Shown here: in pieces, positions 27,976 through 41,357 of the stretch
Numbering within the stretch: position 1 is the first letter of the stretch
Layout of the letters: each line of letters opens with the position of its first letter
From: Candidatus Woesebacteria bacterium
GTDB lineage: Bacteria > Patescibacteriota > Microgenomatia > UBA1400 > MFAQ01
Assembly: GCA_035389185.1 (NCBI GenBank)
Contig: DAOORK010000001.1
Location: 65,006 to 129,005, forward strand
Length of the DNA stretch: 64,000 nucleotides
Reading direction: 5' to 3'
The notes under the pieces: generated by a model
What the model saw: the letters and a program-made list of their open reading frames with translations, nothing else
Database searches by the model: none
Told to the model about the DNA's origin: nothing
Made by a program: the position numbers and the translations under genes

Positions 27976-28437
27976 AAGGCTATTTCTTTCTCCAGTACCT
28001 TCGGGGCGCCACTCGGAGAGGTCTTCACCGTTGATAAAGGCTTTCTCAATTTCGCCAATCTCAATTTCGTTGAGCGAATCAAAATAGTTTTCCCACCAGG
28101 TGTACCACAAGTGATACTCTTTTGTGTATGTAAGAGTAGTCTCTGCTTTATTAAATCGGTAGGGGTCCAAGATATGAAGGCGACTAAGGTCGCTTGCTAC
28201 GACATCTTTTTGGGCAGTACCCTTTGAGATGTTCTCTAACAAAGAAGATTTGAGAGCACCATCCTTGACGGTTTCTAGTTTACATTTTGCAAGAATGATT
28301 GCCTGGGTGAGTTTTTGCAGACATAAAAATATCTCAATTTCCGTATTAGGGAAATAGTTTGTGGTAAGGACAAGATTAATTTGCACGATTCCTCCTTCTG
28401 GAATGTACGATTGAAAAGAACAACTTGGATTATACAA
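27964..28437 (-). CDS. Hypothetical protein
   Basis: 157-aa ORF upstream of gyrA. No motif. Confidence 0.45.
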   Translation of the reverse strand: MYNPSCSFQSYIPEGGIVQINLVLTTNYFPNTEIEIFLCLQKLTQAIILAKCKLETVKDGALKSSLLENISKGTAQKDVVASDLSRLHILDPYRFNKAETTLTYTKEYHLWYTWWENYFDSLNEIEIGEIEKAFINGEDLSEWRPEGTGERNSLRLA

Positions 28438-28440
28438 CAG

Positions 28441-31077
28441 CTATTCTTCTTCAGAGTCAGAGACAGTTGTGACAGCAGCGACGGAGTCATCTGTTTTTGC
28501 AAAGCGCATCAGAATAACTCCTTGAGTGGCTCTTCCAAGACGTGGAATATTTTTGATCGGGAGTTTGATGGCCTGACCTTGGGAAGTAGTAATCAGAAGG
28601 ACCTCCGAAGTCTGATCAACAAGAAGAGCACCAGATAGCTTACCTGTTTTATCAGTGGTTTCGCAGACTTTTAAGCCTTGGCCTGATCTATTTTGGACTG
28701 GATATTCAGGAAGCGGAGTACGTTTGCCCATACCTTTTTCGGTGACTATCAATAGATCTCTAAAAAGTTTGACTCGTTTGTCGGTAGATACCGGTTCGGT
28801 GGGGCCAAAAACATCCATGGAGATAACAAAGTCGGTTCCTTTGAGTAAAATCCCGCGAACTCCTTGGGTATCACGATCGGTTGGGCGAACGTCTGTTTCT
28901 TTGAAACGAATTGATTTACCCTCTTTAGAAACTAGAAGAATGTGATCTTCACCGGAGGTTTTATTGACCCAGACAAGACTATCAGCCCCTTGAAGTTTGA
29001 TGGCAATAAGACCATTACTCTTGATGTTCTCGTACTTTGAAAGAGCGGTTCGTTTGACGACACCGGCTTTGGTGGTAAAGAAAAGATAAGAACTTTTTTC
29101 TACTTGTTTGGGAAGAGGCAAAATACTCTGAATTGACTCGTCACTGTCGATGTTGATGAGGTTGATAATGGCTTGGCCCTTACTGATACGACTTCCTTCG
29201 GGAAGCTCCCAGACTTTAAGCGAGAAGACTTTACCCTTGCTGGTAAAAACCAGAAGACGGTCGTGGGTATTGGCATTTGTAAGAAGACGAATTTCGTCGG
29301 TATCTTTGATGGTCATACCTGAAACTCCCTTCCCTCCCCTTTTCTGAGTTCTGAAGGTGGAAAGCGGCATGCGTTTGATATAACCGGATTTGGTGAGAGT
29401 GACCAAAGTTTCTTCGGATGGAATAAGATCCTCTTCAGAAAGGGTGCCCGGAGCGGCGGCGACGATTTGGGTTCTTCTCTTTTCGGGATAAGCCACAGCA
29501 AGCTGATTGAGTTCGTCTTTGATAATCTGGAAGACTTTTTTGGGATCTTTGAGAGTAATAATTAGTTGCTCAATTTGTTTCATGAGCTCTTGATACTCTG
29601 CTTCAATCTTTTGACGTTCGAGAGCGGCTAAACGACGAAGCTGCATTTCCAAGATAGCATTAGCTTGGATTTCGTCTAGACCAAACTTCTGACAAAGATT
29701 GGTACGGGCGGTATCGGCGTCGGGACTCTTTTTGATGGTTTCGATGACTTCATCAATGTTGGCAAGTGCTTTAAGCAGTCCCTCTAAAATGTGGGCTCTA
29801 TCCTTGGCAGTCTTTAGTTCAAATTGGGATCGACGAACAACAACCATTTGGCGATGAGCGGTAAACTCCATGAGAATCTGTTTGAGGTTAAGCAGATGTG
29901 GCGTTCCGTCTGAGGCCAGAGCAACTACGTTGGCAGGGAAGTTAGTTTGTAGTTCGGTGTATTTATAGAGATTGTTAAGAACACTCTTGGGTTTGGCGTC
30001 TTTTTTCAGATCGACAGCAACAGTGAGGCCTTTTCGGTCTGACTCATCTCGGAGATCAGCAATGCCATCAATTTTTTTCTTTTTGACCAACTCGGCAATG
30101 TCGGTGATGAGTTTGGCTTTGTTAACTTGATAAGGGAGTTCGGAAATTAAAATTTGGTAGCGACCATTTTTTCTTTCAACAATTTCGGCTACACCGCGCA
30201 TGATAATACTCGCCTTACCGGTGGCATACATCTTTTTGATTTCGTTGGTGTCATAGATGATACCCGAAGTGGGAAAATCAGGGCCCTTAATATGTTCACA
30301 AAGTTCGTCAATTTCGATGTCTGACTCCAGGTTACCAATAAGATTTTTATAATCGGTACTGTGTAATTCTTCATCGGGAACGGTAATGTTTGTTGTGGCT
30401 TTGCTTTTGTTGACCAAAGCTTCGATGGCTTTGACTACCTCAACTAAGTTGTGGGTTGGGATTTTGGTGGCCATACCGACAGCGATTCCTTCGGATCCCA
30501 TTAACAACAAATTAGGTAATTTTGCGGGAAGAACGAGAGGTTCTTGTTGGGAACCATCGAAGTTGTCAGCGAAATCGACAGTATTTTTGTCGATGTCTTC
30601 AAGCATTTCACTAGCAATTTTAGATAGGCGCGCCTCGGTGTAACGCATAGCAGCAGCCGAGTCACCATCGATGGATCCAAAGTTTCCCTGTCCATCTATT
30701 AACGGATAGCGCATCGAAAAGTCCTGGGCCAAACGAACCATGGTCATGTAAACTGCGGTGTCACCATGGGGATGGTATTTACCCAAAACTTCACCAACGA
30801 TTCTGGCTGATTTTTTGTAGGCACTTTTGTGAGTAATGCCCATGTCTTTCATGGCATATAGAACGCGACGATGAACAGGCTTTAGACCATCACGAACGTC
30901 AGGTAAGGCACGGGAAACAATGACCGACATGGCATAGTCGAGATAGCTTTTTTCCATCTCTTCAACGATGGGGGCCTGTCTGATTATTCCCCACTCTGAC
31001 TTAGCCTCTTGAGGAGTGACAGTTGCTGTGTCGGTAACAGGAAATTGGTTTTGGTTTTCTTCGTTTTGGTCTTCCAT
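28441..31077 (-). CDS. gyrA: DNA gyrase subunit A
   Basis: N-terminal [28 protein letters not shown]. Active-site region [11 protein letters not shown]-terminal beta-pinwheel repeats. 878 aa. Confidence 0.95.
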   Translation of the reverse strand: MEDQNEENQNQFPVTDTATVTPQEAKSEWGIIRQAPIVEEMEKSYLDYAMSVIVSRALPDVRDGLKPVHRRVLYAMKDMGITHKSAYKKSARIVGEVLGKYHPHGDTAVYMTMVRLAQDFSMRYPLIDGQGNFGSIDGDSAAAMRYTEARLSKIASEMLEDIDKNTVDFADNFDGSQQEPLVLPAKLPNLLLMGSEGIAVGMATKIPTHNLVEVVKAIEALVNKSKATTNITVPDEELHSTDYKNLIGNLESDIEIDELCEHIKGPDFPTSGIIYDTNEIKKMYATGKASIIMRGVAEIVERKNGRYQILISELPYQVNKAKLITDIAELVKKKKIDGIADLRDESDRKGLTVAVDLKKDAKPKSVLNNLYKYTELQTNFPANVVALASDGTPHLLNLKQILMEFTAHRQMVVVRRSQFELKTAKDRAHILEGLLKALANIDEVIETIKKSPDADTARTNLCQKFGLDEIQANAILEMQLRRLAALERQKIEAEYQELMKQIEQLIITLKDPKKVFQIIKDELNQLAVAYPEKRRTQIVAAAPGTLSEEDLIPSEETLVTLTKSGYIKRMPLSTFRTQKRGGKGVSGMTIKDTDEIRLLTNANTHDRLLVFTSKGKVFSLKVWELPEGSRISKGQAIINLINIDSDESIQSILPLPKQVEKSSYLFFTTKAGVVKRTALSKYENIKSNGLIAIKLQGADSLVWVNKTSGEDHILLVSKEGKSIRFKETDVRPTDRDTQGVRGILLKGTDFVISMDVFGPTEPVSTDKRVKLFRDLLIVTEKGMGKRTPLPEYPVQNRSGQGLKVCETTDKTGKLSGALLVDQTSEVLLITTSQGQAIKLPIKNIPRLGRATQGVILMRFAKTDDSVAAVTTVSDSEEE

Positions 31078-31081
31078 ATTT

Positions 31082-31618
31082 TTATTTATTGAAATATTGA
31101 TGGTAACGAGAAACGGCTTCGTCTAGTTTATTTTTGGCATCCGAAACGGATTGATAACCGTTGATGTCGACCCATTTTCCGGGCTCATTAATTTTGTAGT
31201 TTTTGTAAAAATAGTCGATATTGTCAAGAGTTTGTTTGTCGAGTGTTTGGGCATCTTTGATGTTGGCAAAAAGAGGATCTTTCTCGGACACTGGGACGGT
31301 AATAAGTTTTGAGTCGACACCGGATTGGTCTGTTGTTTCGAGAAGACCGATAACCCGTGTTTTAACAATTGTACCGGTAGGAAAAGTTTGAGAACTAAGA
31401 ACCATGACATCGAGAGGGTCATTGTCGGAACTCCAAGTTTCCGGGACAAATCCGTAGTTAAAGGGATAGGAAAGATTGGAAGTTAGAACTCGATTGATAA
31501 CAAATTTTTCTTGGTCCTTGTCATACTCCATTTTATCCATTGATCCATTGGGAATTTCAATGATGGCATGGACATTAAGGTCTTCGTCGAACGCTTTAAT
31601 TGAGTGAAGTAGGTTCAT
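31082..31618 (-). CDS. ppa: Inorganic pyrophosphatase (family I)
   Basis: DPLDVMVL and other family I PPase acidic motifs. 178 aa. Confidence 0.85.
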   Translation of the reverse strand: MNLLHSIKAFDEDLNVHAIIEIPNGSMDKMEYDKDQEKFVINRVLTSNLSYPFNYGFVPETWSSDNDPLDVMVLSSQTFPTGTIVKTRVIGLLETTDQSGVDSKLITVPVSEKDPLFANIKDAQTLDKQTLDNIDYFYKNYKINEPGKWVDINGYQSVSDAKNKLDEAVSRYHQYFNK

Positions 31619-31629
31619 TAATAGTGTGA

Positions 31630-33621
<1,992 letters not shown>

Positions 33622-33642
33622 TTAGCTTTCGGCTTCATTGTA

Positions 33643-34320
33643 ATGGCTAAATGCCTCCACTTCAAGTGCGAATCCTTGTACAATAGCCCTATGTTACCAA
33701 AGATTATTGTAACGGGTATCGGCGAGAGAGATATTTTGCTGAAGGGATTGAAACTATCCCCTTCTCTGGTAATTGGTTATGAGGGTAAAGAAGGTAAGGT
33801 GGACGATTTAAGACACTGGATAAACTTTGGCGTAAACACAGTATCTAGCTCTCCGGAAATGATATTGATTGTGTGGGATGCTGATAGACTAAGTCCCGAG
33901 TGCCAAGCAATTCTTTTGAAACCTCTTGAAGAAACCGGAGATCGGGTAAAACTGTTTTTATTTGTATCAAATGAAAACGGATTGTTACCAACAGTATTGT
34001 CCAGATGTCTGGTGGAGAGCTTAGAAGAAATCGGAGGAGATGAAAATAATTATTGGCGGGAGGCAATGAAGTGTTTGATTAATGGTCCGGCGGAGTCAAT
34101 AGATTTATCTGAGAGATTAACGAAAGAAGAAATGGAAAGATCTTTAGTGGAACTGATAAAAAAATTGCAGTCGGGTTTGATTAAGGAAGTAAATAAAAAT
34201 CGGTTGAAGGTATTAAAAAAAGCGATTGATTGTTTGGCGAAATTGAGATTTACCAATGTGAATGCCAAACTGGCGTTCAGCAATTTTCTTATAAGCTCTT
34301 GGAAGCTTATTAGAGCTTGA
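33643..34320 (+). CDS. DNA polymerase III delta-prime-like clamp-loader subunit (degenerate, no Walker A). Alternative start at Met 33691.
   Basis: DADRLSPECQAILLKPLEE...LFLFVSNENGLLPTVLSRC matches the clamp-loader sensor/SRC motif region. Confidence 0.5.
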   Translation: MAKCLHFKCESLYNSPMLPKIIVTGIGERDILLKGLKLSPSLVIGYEGKEGKVDDLRHWINFGVNTVSSSPEMILIVWDADRLSPECQAILLKPLEETGDRVKLFLFVSNENGLLPTVLSRCLVESLEEIGGDENNYWREAMKCLINGPAESIDLSERLTKEEMERSLVELIKKLQSGLIKEVNKNRLKVLKKAIDCLAKLRFTNVNAKLAFSNFLISSWKLIRA

Positions 34321-34351
34321 TATTTCGGTAAAAATTTGCCATATTGAAGGT

Positions 34352-36112
34352 ATGGATTATCAGGAGAAAGCTTTGCTTGACTATTTGATATCCTCCGCAA
34401 GATTAACGGAGGATCAGATTAATAGTCTTAAGATAGAAGCGGCTACTTCCGGAAAATCACTAACTGAGACACTTTTAGAAAAAAGATTGATTAGCGAGAC
34501 TGATTTGGCAAAAGCAAAAGCAACAGTGTTGAACATCCCCTATTTTTCGGATACCAAAGTTTCGGTTGATCCCGAACTTTTGAACCTGATAACGGTAGAT
34601 TTGGCTAAAAATTATCAAGTGTTACCGATATCTCTTGATCGAACAAAAAAAGAATTGAGTTTGGTAATGGTGAAACCGGAAGACTTGTCGACGGTCGATT
34701 TTTTTCAGAAACGAACCGGATTCCAGGTAAAGTCTTACCTTACAACAAAACAAAACTATGATGAGTTGGTAGCTAATGTATATAGCCAAAACTTGACCGG
34801 TGAGATCTCCGGTGTTCTGGAAAGAGGAAAAGAAGCAAGCGAAGAGGAAGGGGTAAGATTGGTCACTGCAGATACGATTTCACAGATAATAAAAGAGCCG
34901 AAAATAGTAGAAATCGTGAGGAAGATTTTGGAACATGCTATCCGTCTGAGAGCTTCAGACGTACACATTGAACCAATGGAAAACATTACCAGAGTCCGCT
35001 ATCGTGTTGATGGTATTTTGGAGGAAAAGTTGACTTTGGACAAGGATTATCACGCAGCTTTGGTTTCTCGCATCAAGATATTGGCCGGCATGAAGATCGA
35101 TGAAAAAAGAGTGCCTCAGGATGGACGGTTTAATTTTCAATCTGAGTGGGGTGAGGTTGATCTACGTATTTCTTCTCTACCGACAGTCAATGGAGAGAAG
35201 ATCGTGATGCGTCTTCTTAAAAAAACGGACAAAGTGCCAACTTTGTCGGAGCTGGGACTTAGAGGAAAAGCGCTAATGACACTGGAAGAAGCCATTCGTA
35301 TCCCCCACGGAATTATTTTGGCAACCGGTCCAACGGGTTCAGGTAAAACAACGACACTTTACTCTATTTTAGAGATGGTTAACTCTCCAAAGGTAAATAT
35401 TGTTGCTTTGGAGGACCCTGTTGAGTATCAGATCGGTGGAGTGAATCAGGTACAAGTTAATCCTCAGGCCGGGTTAACATTTGCTTCGGGACTGCGTTCT
35501 TTTTTACGCCAAGATCCAAATGTCATTATGGTTGGAGAAATCCGTGACGAGGAAACGGCACAACTGGCTGTTCAAGCTTCGCTAACCGGACACTTGGTGT
35601 TTTCAACGGTTCACACGAACTCAGCTGCCGGTGCACTTCCTCGTTTATTGGATATGGGAGCAGAGCCTTTTTTACTTTCTTCTTCAATGACAGCGGTTAT
35701 TGGTCAGCGTGTTTTACGTCGAATCTGTGATAAGTGTCGAGCCGCATATGTTCCGGAACAAAATGTGATTGAAGATATTAACTCCGTTTTGGGAAAGCTG
35801 GTTGATGGTTGGGTTAAGTCAAACCCAGCCAGAATCGCCGAGGCCCAAAAAAACAATGTCCCCTTTATGCTTTACAAAGGCGCCGGCTGTGACAAGTGCG
35901 GCGGTTCCGGGTATTACGGACGTATTGGTATTTACGAGGTGTTAAGGGTAACCGATAAAATCGCCAGATTGATCATGGAGCGTGCTGATGCGGACACGGT
36001 AGAAGAGGCGGCAAAAGCCGACGGCATGATTATTATGAAGCAGGATGGATATCTGAAAGCGCTTGAAGGTGTAACAACTCTGGAAGAGGTTATTAGAGTA
36101 GCTCAAGTTTAA
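34352..36112 (+). CDS. pilB: Type IV pilus assembly ATPase PilB (GspE family)
   Basis: N-terminal GspII_E-N domain. Walker A ATGPTGSGKTTTLYS. Tetracysteine motif CDKC...CDKCGGSGYYGR. Confidence 0.9.
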   Translation: MDYQEKALLDYLISSARLTEDQINSLKIEAATSGKSLTETLLEKRLISETDLAKAKATVLNIPYFSDTKVSVDPELLNLITVDLAKNYQVLPISLDRTKKELSLVMVKPEDLSTVDFFQKRTGFQVKSYLTTKQNYDELVANVYSQNLTGEISGVLERGKEASEEEGVRLVTADTISQIIKEPKIVEIVRKILEHAIRLRASDVHIEPMENITRVRYRVDGILEEKLTLDKDYHAALVSRIKILAGMKIDEKRVPQDGRFNFQSEWGEVDLRISSLPTVNGEKIVMRLLKKTDKVPTLSELGLRGKALMTLEEAIRIPHGIILATGPTGSGKTTTLYSILEMVNSPKVNIVALEDPVEYQIGGVNQVQVNPQAGLTFASGLRSFLRQDPNVIMVGEIRDEETAQLAVQASLTGHLVFSTVHTNSAAGALPRLLDMGAEPFLLSSSMTAVIGQRVLRRICDKCRAAYVPEQNVIEDINSVLGKLVDGWVKSNPARIAEAQKNNVPFMLYKGAGCDKCGGSGYYGRIGIYEVLRVTDKIARLIMERADADTVEEAAKADGMIIMKQDGYLKALEGVTTLEEVIRVAQV

Positions 36113-37182
36113 TGGAAAAAGGAACTAATTTTATTGAGGGTTTGTTATCTTTGGCGGCTGAAAAAGGAGCTTCTGATCTGCATTTGTTGGCGAATACTTT
36201 TCCTGTTTTTAGATTGATTGGAAAGTTGGTATTTTATGAACAGGGTGGTTTGATAAGCAGTACTGCCCTACTGGGGTACATCACCAGTTTGATGTCTGCG
36301 GCACAAAAAGAAGTATTTCTGCGAGATTTGGAACTGGACTTTTCGGTGACTGTAGGAAAGAATCGCTTTAGAGCCAATGCATATTTTCAAAGGGGAACTC
36401 CGGCTATTTCCTTACGTTTTATTCCCAACGAAATTCCAAACATTGATAGTTTGGGTCTGCCAGAGATCTGCCATGCTTTTGCAAAATTAAAACAGGGTTT
36501 TGTTCTTGTTACCGGTCCAACCGGATCGGGAAAATCTACCTCAGTCGCGGCGATACTGGATGAGATTAACAGTAACCGTACGGAGCATATCGTATCTATT
36601 GAGGACCCGGTGGAGTTTATTCACGAAAATAAAAAATCAATTGTTAGTCAGCGAGAGTTAGGCGGAGATACAAAGAGTTGGGACAATGCTTTAAAGTCTG
36701 TTCTGCGTGAAGACCCCAACGTTGTTTATATCGGAGAGATGAGAGATCCGGAGACAATTGCGGCGGCAATGACAGTGGCTGAAACAGGACATTTGGTTTT
36801 TGCCACACTGCATACTAACTCTGCAGCACAAACGATTGACCGTATCGTAGACAGTTTCCCGGAAGATCAGCAAAGCCAGATTGTTTTACAGTTGTCGACG
36901 GTTTTAGAAGCGGTACTATCGCAGAGATTGATTCCCTCACTGGATGGTAAAAGAAAAGTGGCTACCGAAATTATGGTAGCAACACCTGCTGTTCGCAATA
37001 ATATTCGTGAAGGTAAAACTTTTCAAATTGATAATGTGATTCAAACAAGCGGTAATTTGGGAATGAGACTGTTGGAGCAGAGTATGGCAGATTTGGTAAA
37101 CAAAAATGTTGTTGATCGGAATGTAGCAATGGAGTACTCAATTAGACCGTCTGTGTTAGATAAAATGATTAACGTTAGATGA
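36112..37182 (+). CDS. pilT: Twitching-motility retraction ATPase PilT
   Basis: Walker A VTGPTGSGKSTSVAAIL. ~356 aa, PilT-sized, with no N-terminal GspE domain. Confidence 0.9.
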   Translation: MEKGTNFIEGLLSLAAEKGASDLHLLANTFPVFRLIGKLVFYEQGGLISSTALLGYITSLMSAAQKEVFLRDLELDFSVTVGKNRFRANAYFQRGTPAISLRFIPNEIPNIDSLGLPEICHAFAKLKQGFVLVTGPTGSGKSTSVAAILDEINSNRTEHIVSIEDPVEFIHENKKSIVSQRELGGDTKSWDNALKSVLREDPNVVYIGEMRDPETIAAAMTVAETGHLVFATLHTNSAAQTIDRIVDSFPEDQQSQIVLQLSTVLEAVLSQRLIPSLDGKRKVATEIMVATPAVRNNIREGKTFQIDNVIQTSGNLGMRLLEQSMADLVNKNVVDRNVAMEYSIRPSVLDKMINVR

Positions 37183-38381
37183 AGTCATACCGCTATAAAG
37201 TAATCGACAAGGACGGAAATTCCTCGAGTGGTGTGATGGAAGCAACGGATGAAAAACAGGTAGCCAATGTGTTACGAAGTAAGGGATTACATATTACCGG
37301 TTTGGCATCTGATGAGGGGTTTTCTACTGATTCGCTGTTTGGGAGGTTTTCTAAACCCAAGGCCGACGACATTACCAGTTTTACTCGACAGTTGGCAACC
37401 ATGGTCGGAGCTGGACTCCCTTTGGTCAGCGCCTTAAGAATCTTAAAAAACCAGTCGACAGCGGTGATGAAAGTTGTGATTGAAAAAATACTGACGGAGG
37501 TCGAAGGTGGTTCGACGATGTCCGATTCTTTGGAACAATCAGGTGGTGGTTTTTCTTCTGTTTATATTGCTTTAGTTCGTGCCGGTGAGTCGGCAGGAGT
37601 TTTGGATCGAGTGTTGGTCAAGTTAGCTGACACTTTAGATAAGCAAAGAGAGTTCAAAAGCAAAACAAAAGGAGCGATGGTTTATCCGGTGATTGTTATG
37701 GTGGCGATGGTGGTGATTGTGGCCATAATGATGATTTTTGTAGTGCCCAAAATTACGGCTATGTATAAAGATTTTGGAGCTGACTTACCGGGAACAACAA
37801 AGATATTAATCGGTGTTTCTAACTTTATGGCTAAGTTTTGGTACTTGGCTCTGGCAGTTTTTGGTGTTGCCGGAGTGTTAGTAAATAATTGGAAAAAAAC
37901 CGAGGTGGGTTCTTTGGTTGCGGAGCAAATTACTTTTAAGATCCCGGTTTGGGGAAATTTAAAAAAAGACACCATACTGACTGAGTTTGCCAGAACAATT
38001 AGTGTCTTACTCGGTGCCGGTATTCCGATACTGGACGCTTTGCAGATTGTAGCTGATACACTGGGAAGTAAGGTTTATGGTGCAGCAGTAAAACAGATCG
38101 CCACGATGGTGGAAAAAGGAATTAGTTTATCCGAAGGCATCGAAAGACTGGACATATTTCCTCCTATTTTGGGACAGATGATAGCTGTGGGAGAAGAAAC
38201 CGGAAAACTAGACGAAGTACTAGCAAAATTAGCCACTTTTTATGAAAGTGAGAGTGAAATTAAGATTAAAGCCCTGACAACGGCGATTGAGCCGTTAATT
38301 ATGGTATTTCTGGGGGTAGCCGTCGGTTTTATCGTGATTGCGGTGATTATGCCTATATACAACTTGACAAGTCAGTTCTAA
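37179..38381 (+). CDS. pilC: Type IV pilus inner-membrane platform protein PilC (GspF family)
   Basis: Two GspF-type repeats and 3 TM segments. 400 aa. Confidence 0.9.
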   Translation: MKSYRYKVIDKDGNSSSGVMEATDEKQVANVLRSKGLHITGLASDEGFSTDSLFGRFSKPKADDITSFTRQLATMVGAGLPLVSALRILKNQSTAVMKVVIEKILTEVEGGSTMSDSLEQSGGGFSSVYIALVRAGESAGVLDRVLVKLADTLDKQREFKSKTKGAMVYPVIVMVAMVVIVAIMMIFVVPKITAMYKDFGADLPGTTKILIGVSNFMAKFWYLALAVFGVAGVLVNNWKKTEVGSLVAEQITFKIPVWGNLKKDTILTEFARTISVLLGAGIPILDALQIVADTLGSKVYGAAVKQIATMVEKGISLSEGIERLDIFPPILGQMIAVGEETGKLDEVLAKLATFYESESEIKIKALTTAIEPLIMVFLGVAVGFIVIAVIMPIYNLTSQF

Positions 38382-38415
38382 TCGTTCATATTTGATATTA
38401 ACTGAATTATAAAAA

Positions 38416-39015
38416 ATGACAAATAAAATGAGACGATCTAGTGGGGGTTTTACCTTGATGGAGCTCTTGATTGTTATCGGTGTTCTGGGAATCTTGGCTG
38501 TTGGACTCTTAGCGGCAATTGATCCATTTGAGCAGTTAAAAAAAGCAAGAGATACTAATTATCGCAGTGCTTTACTAGAGTTCTTGTCGGCTAACCAAAG
38601 ATATTACGCTAATCACGGTTATTTCCCATGGAGAAATTCGGCTGAGGTTGCAGAAGGGACTTGTACTTACGATAACTCAGTTGCTTTGGGAGTTGATGAT
38701 ACTTCTACGACGGCTTCATTGTCGGCTGCTTTAGTTAAAGTGGGTGTAGATCAAGATGCAACATTTGATCCCTGTATTGATGTACTGATGAACGATGGAG
38801 AGCTAAAAAGCACTTTCAAACAAGGTTTGGGTAAGACTTTATATCTAAGCTCATGGGGAAAAACAGTTCTTAGAGTTTGTTACTCTCCTGAGAGTAAGAG
38901 TAACTTGAATGACTTAGCCACTGCTTTCCATGTAAATACAGACACAAACAACGTTGAGATGGGCTGTTCTGCGGCTCAGAAGTCTGCAGGAACTTGTTTG
39001 CAGTGTTTCCAGTAA
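38416..39015 (+). CDS. Type IV pilin (candidate major pilin)
   Basis: Class III signal peptide G|FTLMELLIVIGVLGILA. Cys pair near the C-terminus. Confidence 0.75.
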   Translation: MTNKMRRSSGGFTLMELLIVIGVLGILAVGLLAAIDPFEQLKKARDTNYRSALLEFLSANQRYYANHGYFPWRNSAEVAEGTCTYDNSVALGVDDTSTTASLSAALVKVGVDQDATFDPCIDVLMNDGELKSTFKQGLGKTLYLSSWGKTVLRVCYSPESKSNLNDLATAFHVNTDTNNVEMGCSAAQKSAGTCLQCFQ

Positions 39016-39090
39016 GGATTTAGATTTATTAGACAAAGATGAGGGGAGGTATCCCCTCTTTTTGTATCGAAGAAAGTGATACCATAAGTT

Positions 39091-39906
39091 ATGCTTTTTG
39101 TGACGCTGTTTATATTTGTCCTGGGACTAGTTTGGGGATCTTTTCTAAATGTGGTTATTTTTCGAACTTCTCATGGTAGCTCTCCCCTATCCGGTCGTTC
39201 AGTTTGTCCCAAATGTAAACATAAATTGGCGTGGTATTACAATATTCCCATAATTTCTTTTCTTTGGCTGAGAGGCCGTTGTGCATACTGTCAAAGGAAA
39301 ATCTCGATACGTTACCCAATTATTGAACTGTTGACAGGGATTTTATTTGTGTGGTGGTTTGTGGTGGGCTTTAACTTTTTTAAGTTAGTTGGCTCTCCTT
39401 GGAGCTTTATTCAACCAGTATTTTGGCTAACGGTGGGAATGGTTTTACTTTCGATATTTATGACGGACCTTCTATACATGGTGATTCCTTTTAGTTTGAA
39501 TCTGCTTTTATTTTCTTTGTCCCTTATTTACCGGGTTGGTTTGGTAGGTTTTGGGATCATGAGGGCCACGGATTTTTGGTTAGCTCTTTTATCCGGATTA
39601 GGGGTGTGTCTTATTTTTATTTCTCTTCAGTATCTGACTAAAAAAATTAAAAAGGTTGATGGTATCGGTTTGGGAGACGTTTTTTTGGTGCCATCTTTAG
39701 GATTGTTACTCGGATGGCCAAAAATTGTACCGGGAGTATTTATTTCTTTTGTTTCCGGGGCTTTGGTGGGAATTGTTTTAATGGTGATGAAAAAAAAGAA
39801 AATGAGTCAGTATTTACCGCTTGGTCCATTTTTAATATTGGGGACAGTAATTGGCCTGCTTTGGGGTGGTCAGATTTGGGAGTGGTATTTAGGTTTACTG
39901 GTTTGA
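39091..39906 (+). CDS. pilD: Prepilin peptidase PilD (A24 family)
   Basis: N-terminal zinc-finger CPKC...CAYC. Polytopic membrane domain with conserved Asp-containing boxes (GLGDVFL). Confidence 0.85.
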   Translation: MLFVTLFIFVLGLVWGSFLNVVIFRTSHGSSPLSGRSVCPKCKHKLAWYYNIPIISFLWLRGRCAYCQRKISIRYPIIELLTGILFVWWFVVGFNFFKLVGSPWSFIQPVFWLTVGMVLLSIFMTDLLYMVIPFSLNLLLFSLSLIYRVGLVGFGIMRATDFWLALLSGLGVCLIFISLQYLTKKIKKVDGIGLGDVFLVPSLGLLLGWPKIVPGVFISFVSGALVGIVLMVMKKKKMSQYLPLGPFLILGTVIGLLWGGQIWEWYLGLLV

Positions 39907-39937
39907 CTTTTACACTGGATTAAAGCACAATGAATTT

Positions 39938-40450
39938 GTGATGAGAAGAAACGGTTTTACTTTGATTGAATTGATTTTAGTGATGGCTATTGTGGGAATT
40001 TTGGCGATTATCGGTATTGGTTCTTATACTCAGGCAACGTTAAAAGGAAGAGACACCCAAAGGAAAAATGACCTGAATCAAATTGCAAAGGCCTTTGAAA
40101 TGTTTAATAACGATGTTGGAAGATACCCAAAGTCTAACAACGGTGCAGTTCTTTGTTTGATGATTGACGGTACTGATGGTGACTGCTCGTCAAAGATTTA
40201 TGCCTATACAAGTAACGGTGACCAAGTCATCTACATGCAGGAGGTGCCAACCGATCCAGATATCGATAGAAGTTATTATTATGAATACGGAACTGATGGC
40301 GGTTTTGCTATTTATACTGCTTTGGAAAATATTGAAGATAGAGACGTGGTTGTGGATAGCGAAGGGGCTAAGTCGGATTGGAATTTGTCTTGCGGAACGG
40401 CAATGTGCAATTATAAATTAACTGAGTTAGGACTAGTAAGAGTAAAGTAA
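39938..40450 (+). CDS. Pilin-like protein (type IV pilin/pseudopilin)
   Basis: N-terminus MMRRNGFTLIELILVMAIVGILAI (G-F-T-L-I-E prepilin motif). Confidence 0.7.
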   Translation: MMRRNGFTLIELILVMAIVGILAIIGIGSYTQATLKGRDTQRKNDLNQIAKAFEMFNNDVGRYPKSNNGAVLCLMIDGTDGDCSSKIYAYTSNGDQVIYMQEVPTDPDIDRSYYYEYGTDGGFAIYTALENIEDRDVVVDSEGAKSDWNLSCGTAMCNYKLTELGLVRVK

Positions 40451-40452
40451 AA

Positions 40453-40941
40453 ATGAAACAAAAAGGATTTACCTTAATCGAGTTATTAGTGACAATGGGG
40501 ATCATCGCGGTTTTAACAGGCTTGGCGGTGTTTAATTTTAACCAAGCTAGAGTTAGAGCTCGTGATGTTCAGAGAAAGAGTGATCTGAGTCAGTTGGCAA
40601 AAGCTTTTGAGTTGTACAAGAATGACAATAACGGGCAATATATTCTGACTGAAGGTACAGGTTCAGACAAGAGCGTTTTTATGGCTACATTGATCGAAGA
40701 CCAATATACCAAAACGACTTTTGTTGATCCCAAGGGAAGTAGCTGGAGCAGTTATGAATATATCTGTACAGATGCTAAGACGTATTATTTGATGACTTGT
40801 TTGGAAAATGTGGCTGATACATCTAAAGCATCAGCTGATAAGTGTGCTTTATTCCAGCCCAACGGAGTTAATCCGAGCGGTGTTGATTGTGCCTGTGGTG
40901 AGTCTTATAAAGGAGTCATGTACATTACTACAAATCCATAA
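40453..40941 (+). CDS. Pilin-like protein
   Basis: MKQKGFTLIELLVTMGIIAVLTGLA prepilin motif. Confidence 0.7.
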   Translation: MKQKGFTLIELLVTMGIIAVLTGLAVFNFNQARVRARDVQRKSDLSQLAKAFELYKNDNNGQYILTEGTGSDKSVFMATLIEDQYTKTTFVDPKGSSWSSYEYICTDAKTYYLMTCLENVADTSKASADKCALFQPNGVNPSGVDCACGESYKGVMYITTNP

Positions 40942-40943
40942 CT

Positions 40944-41357
40944 ATGAAAAAAAATGCCTTTACCCTACTCGAGTTATTAGTAGTCATTGGTATTATCGGA
41001 ATACTAGTAGCTTTGGCGACAGTGTCGTATAGTGCAACCCAATCATCCGGTCGTGATTCAAGACGGAAACAGGACTTGGTCTCGATTCAGAATGCCCTCG
41101 AACAGTATTACTCGGAAAATCAGTTTTCTTACCCTGACAATGCTTGTACATCTAGTAATACTTTATTGACAAAGTATCTTAAGAGTTCATGGCCGGTTGA
41201 TCCGCAAACAAACACAACCTATACGGCTTCTACCTGTGAGACAACGGGGTACTGTGTTTGTGCAACAATGGAGAAAAGCGGTTCAGGAAATTCGGGTGCC
41301 AGTTGTGATTGGAATAACGAGACTAAGGGATATTATTGTGTGGCAAACTTACAATGA
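40944..41357 (+). CDS. Pilin-like protein
   Basis: MKKNAFTLLELLVVIGIIGILVALA prepilin motif. Confidence 0.7.
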   Translation: MKKNAFTLLELLVVIGIIGILVALATVSYSATQSSGRDSRRKQDLVSIQNALEQYYSENQFSYPDNACTSSNTLLTKYLKSSWPVDPQTNTTYTASTCETTGYCVCATMEKSGSGNSGASCDWNNETKGYYCVANLQ

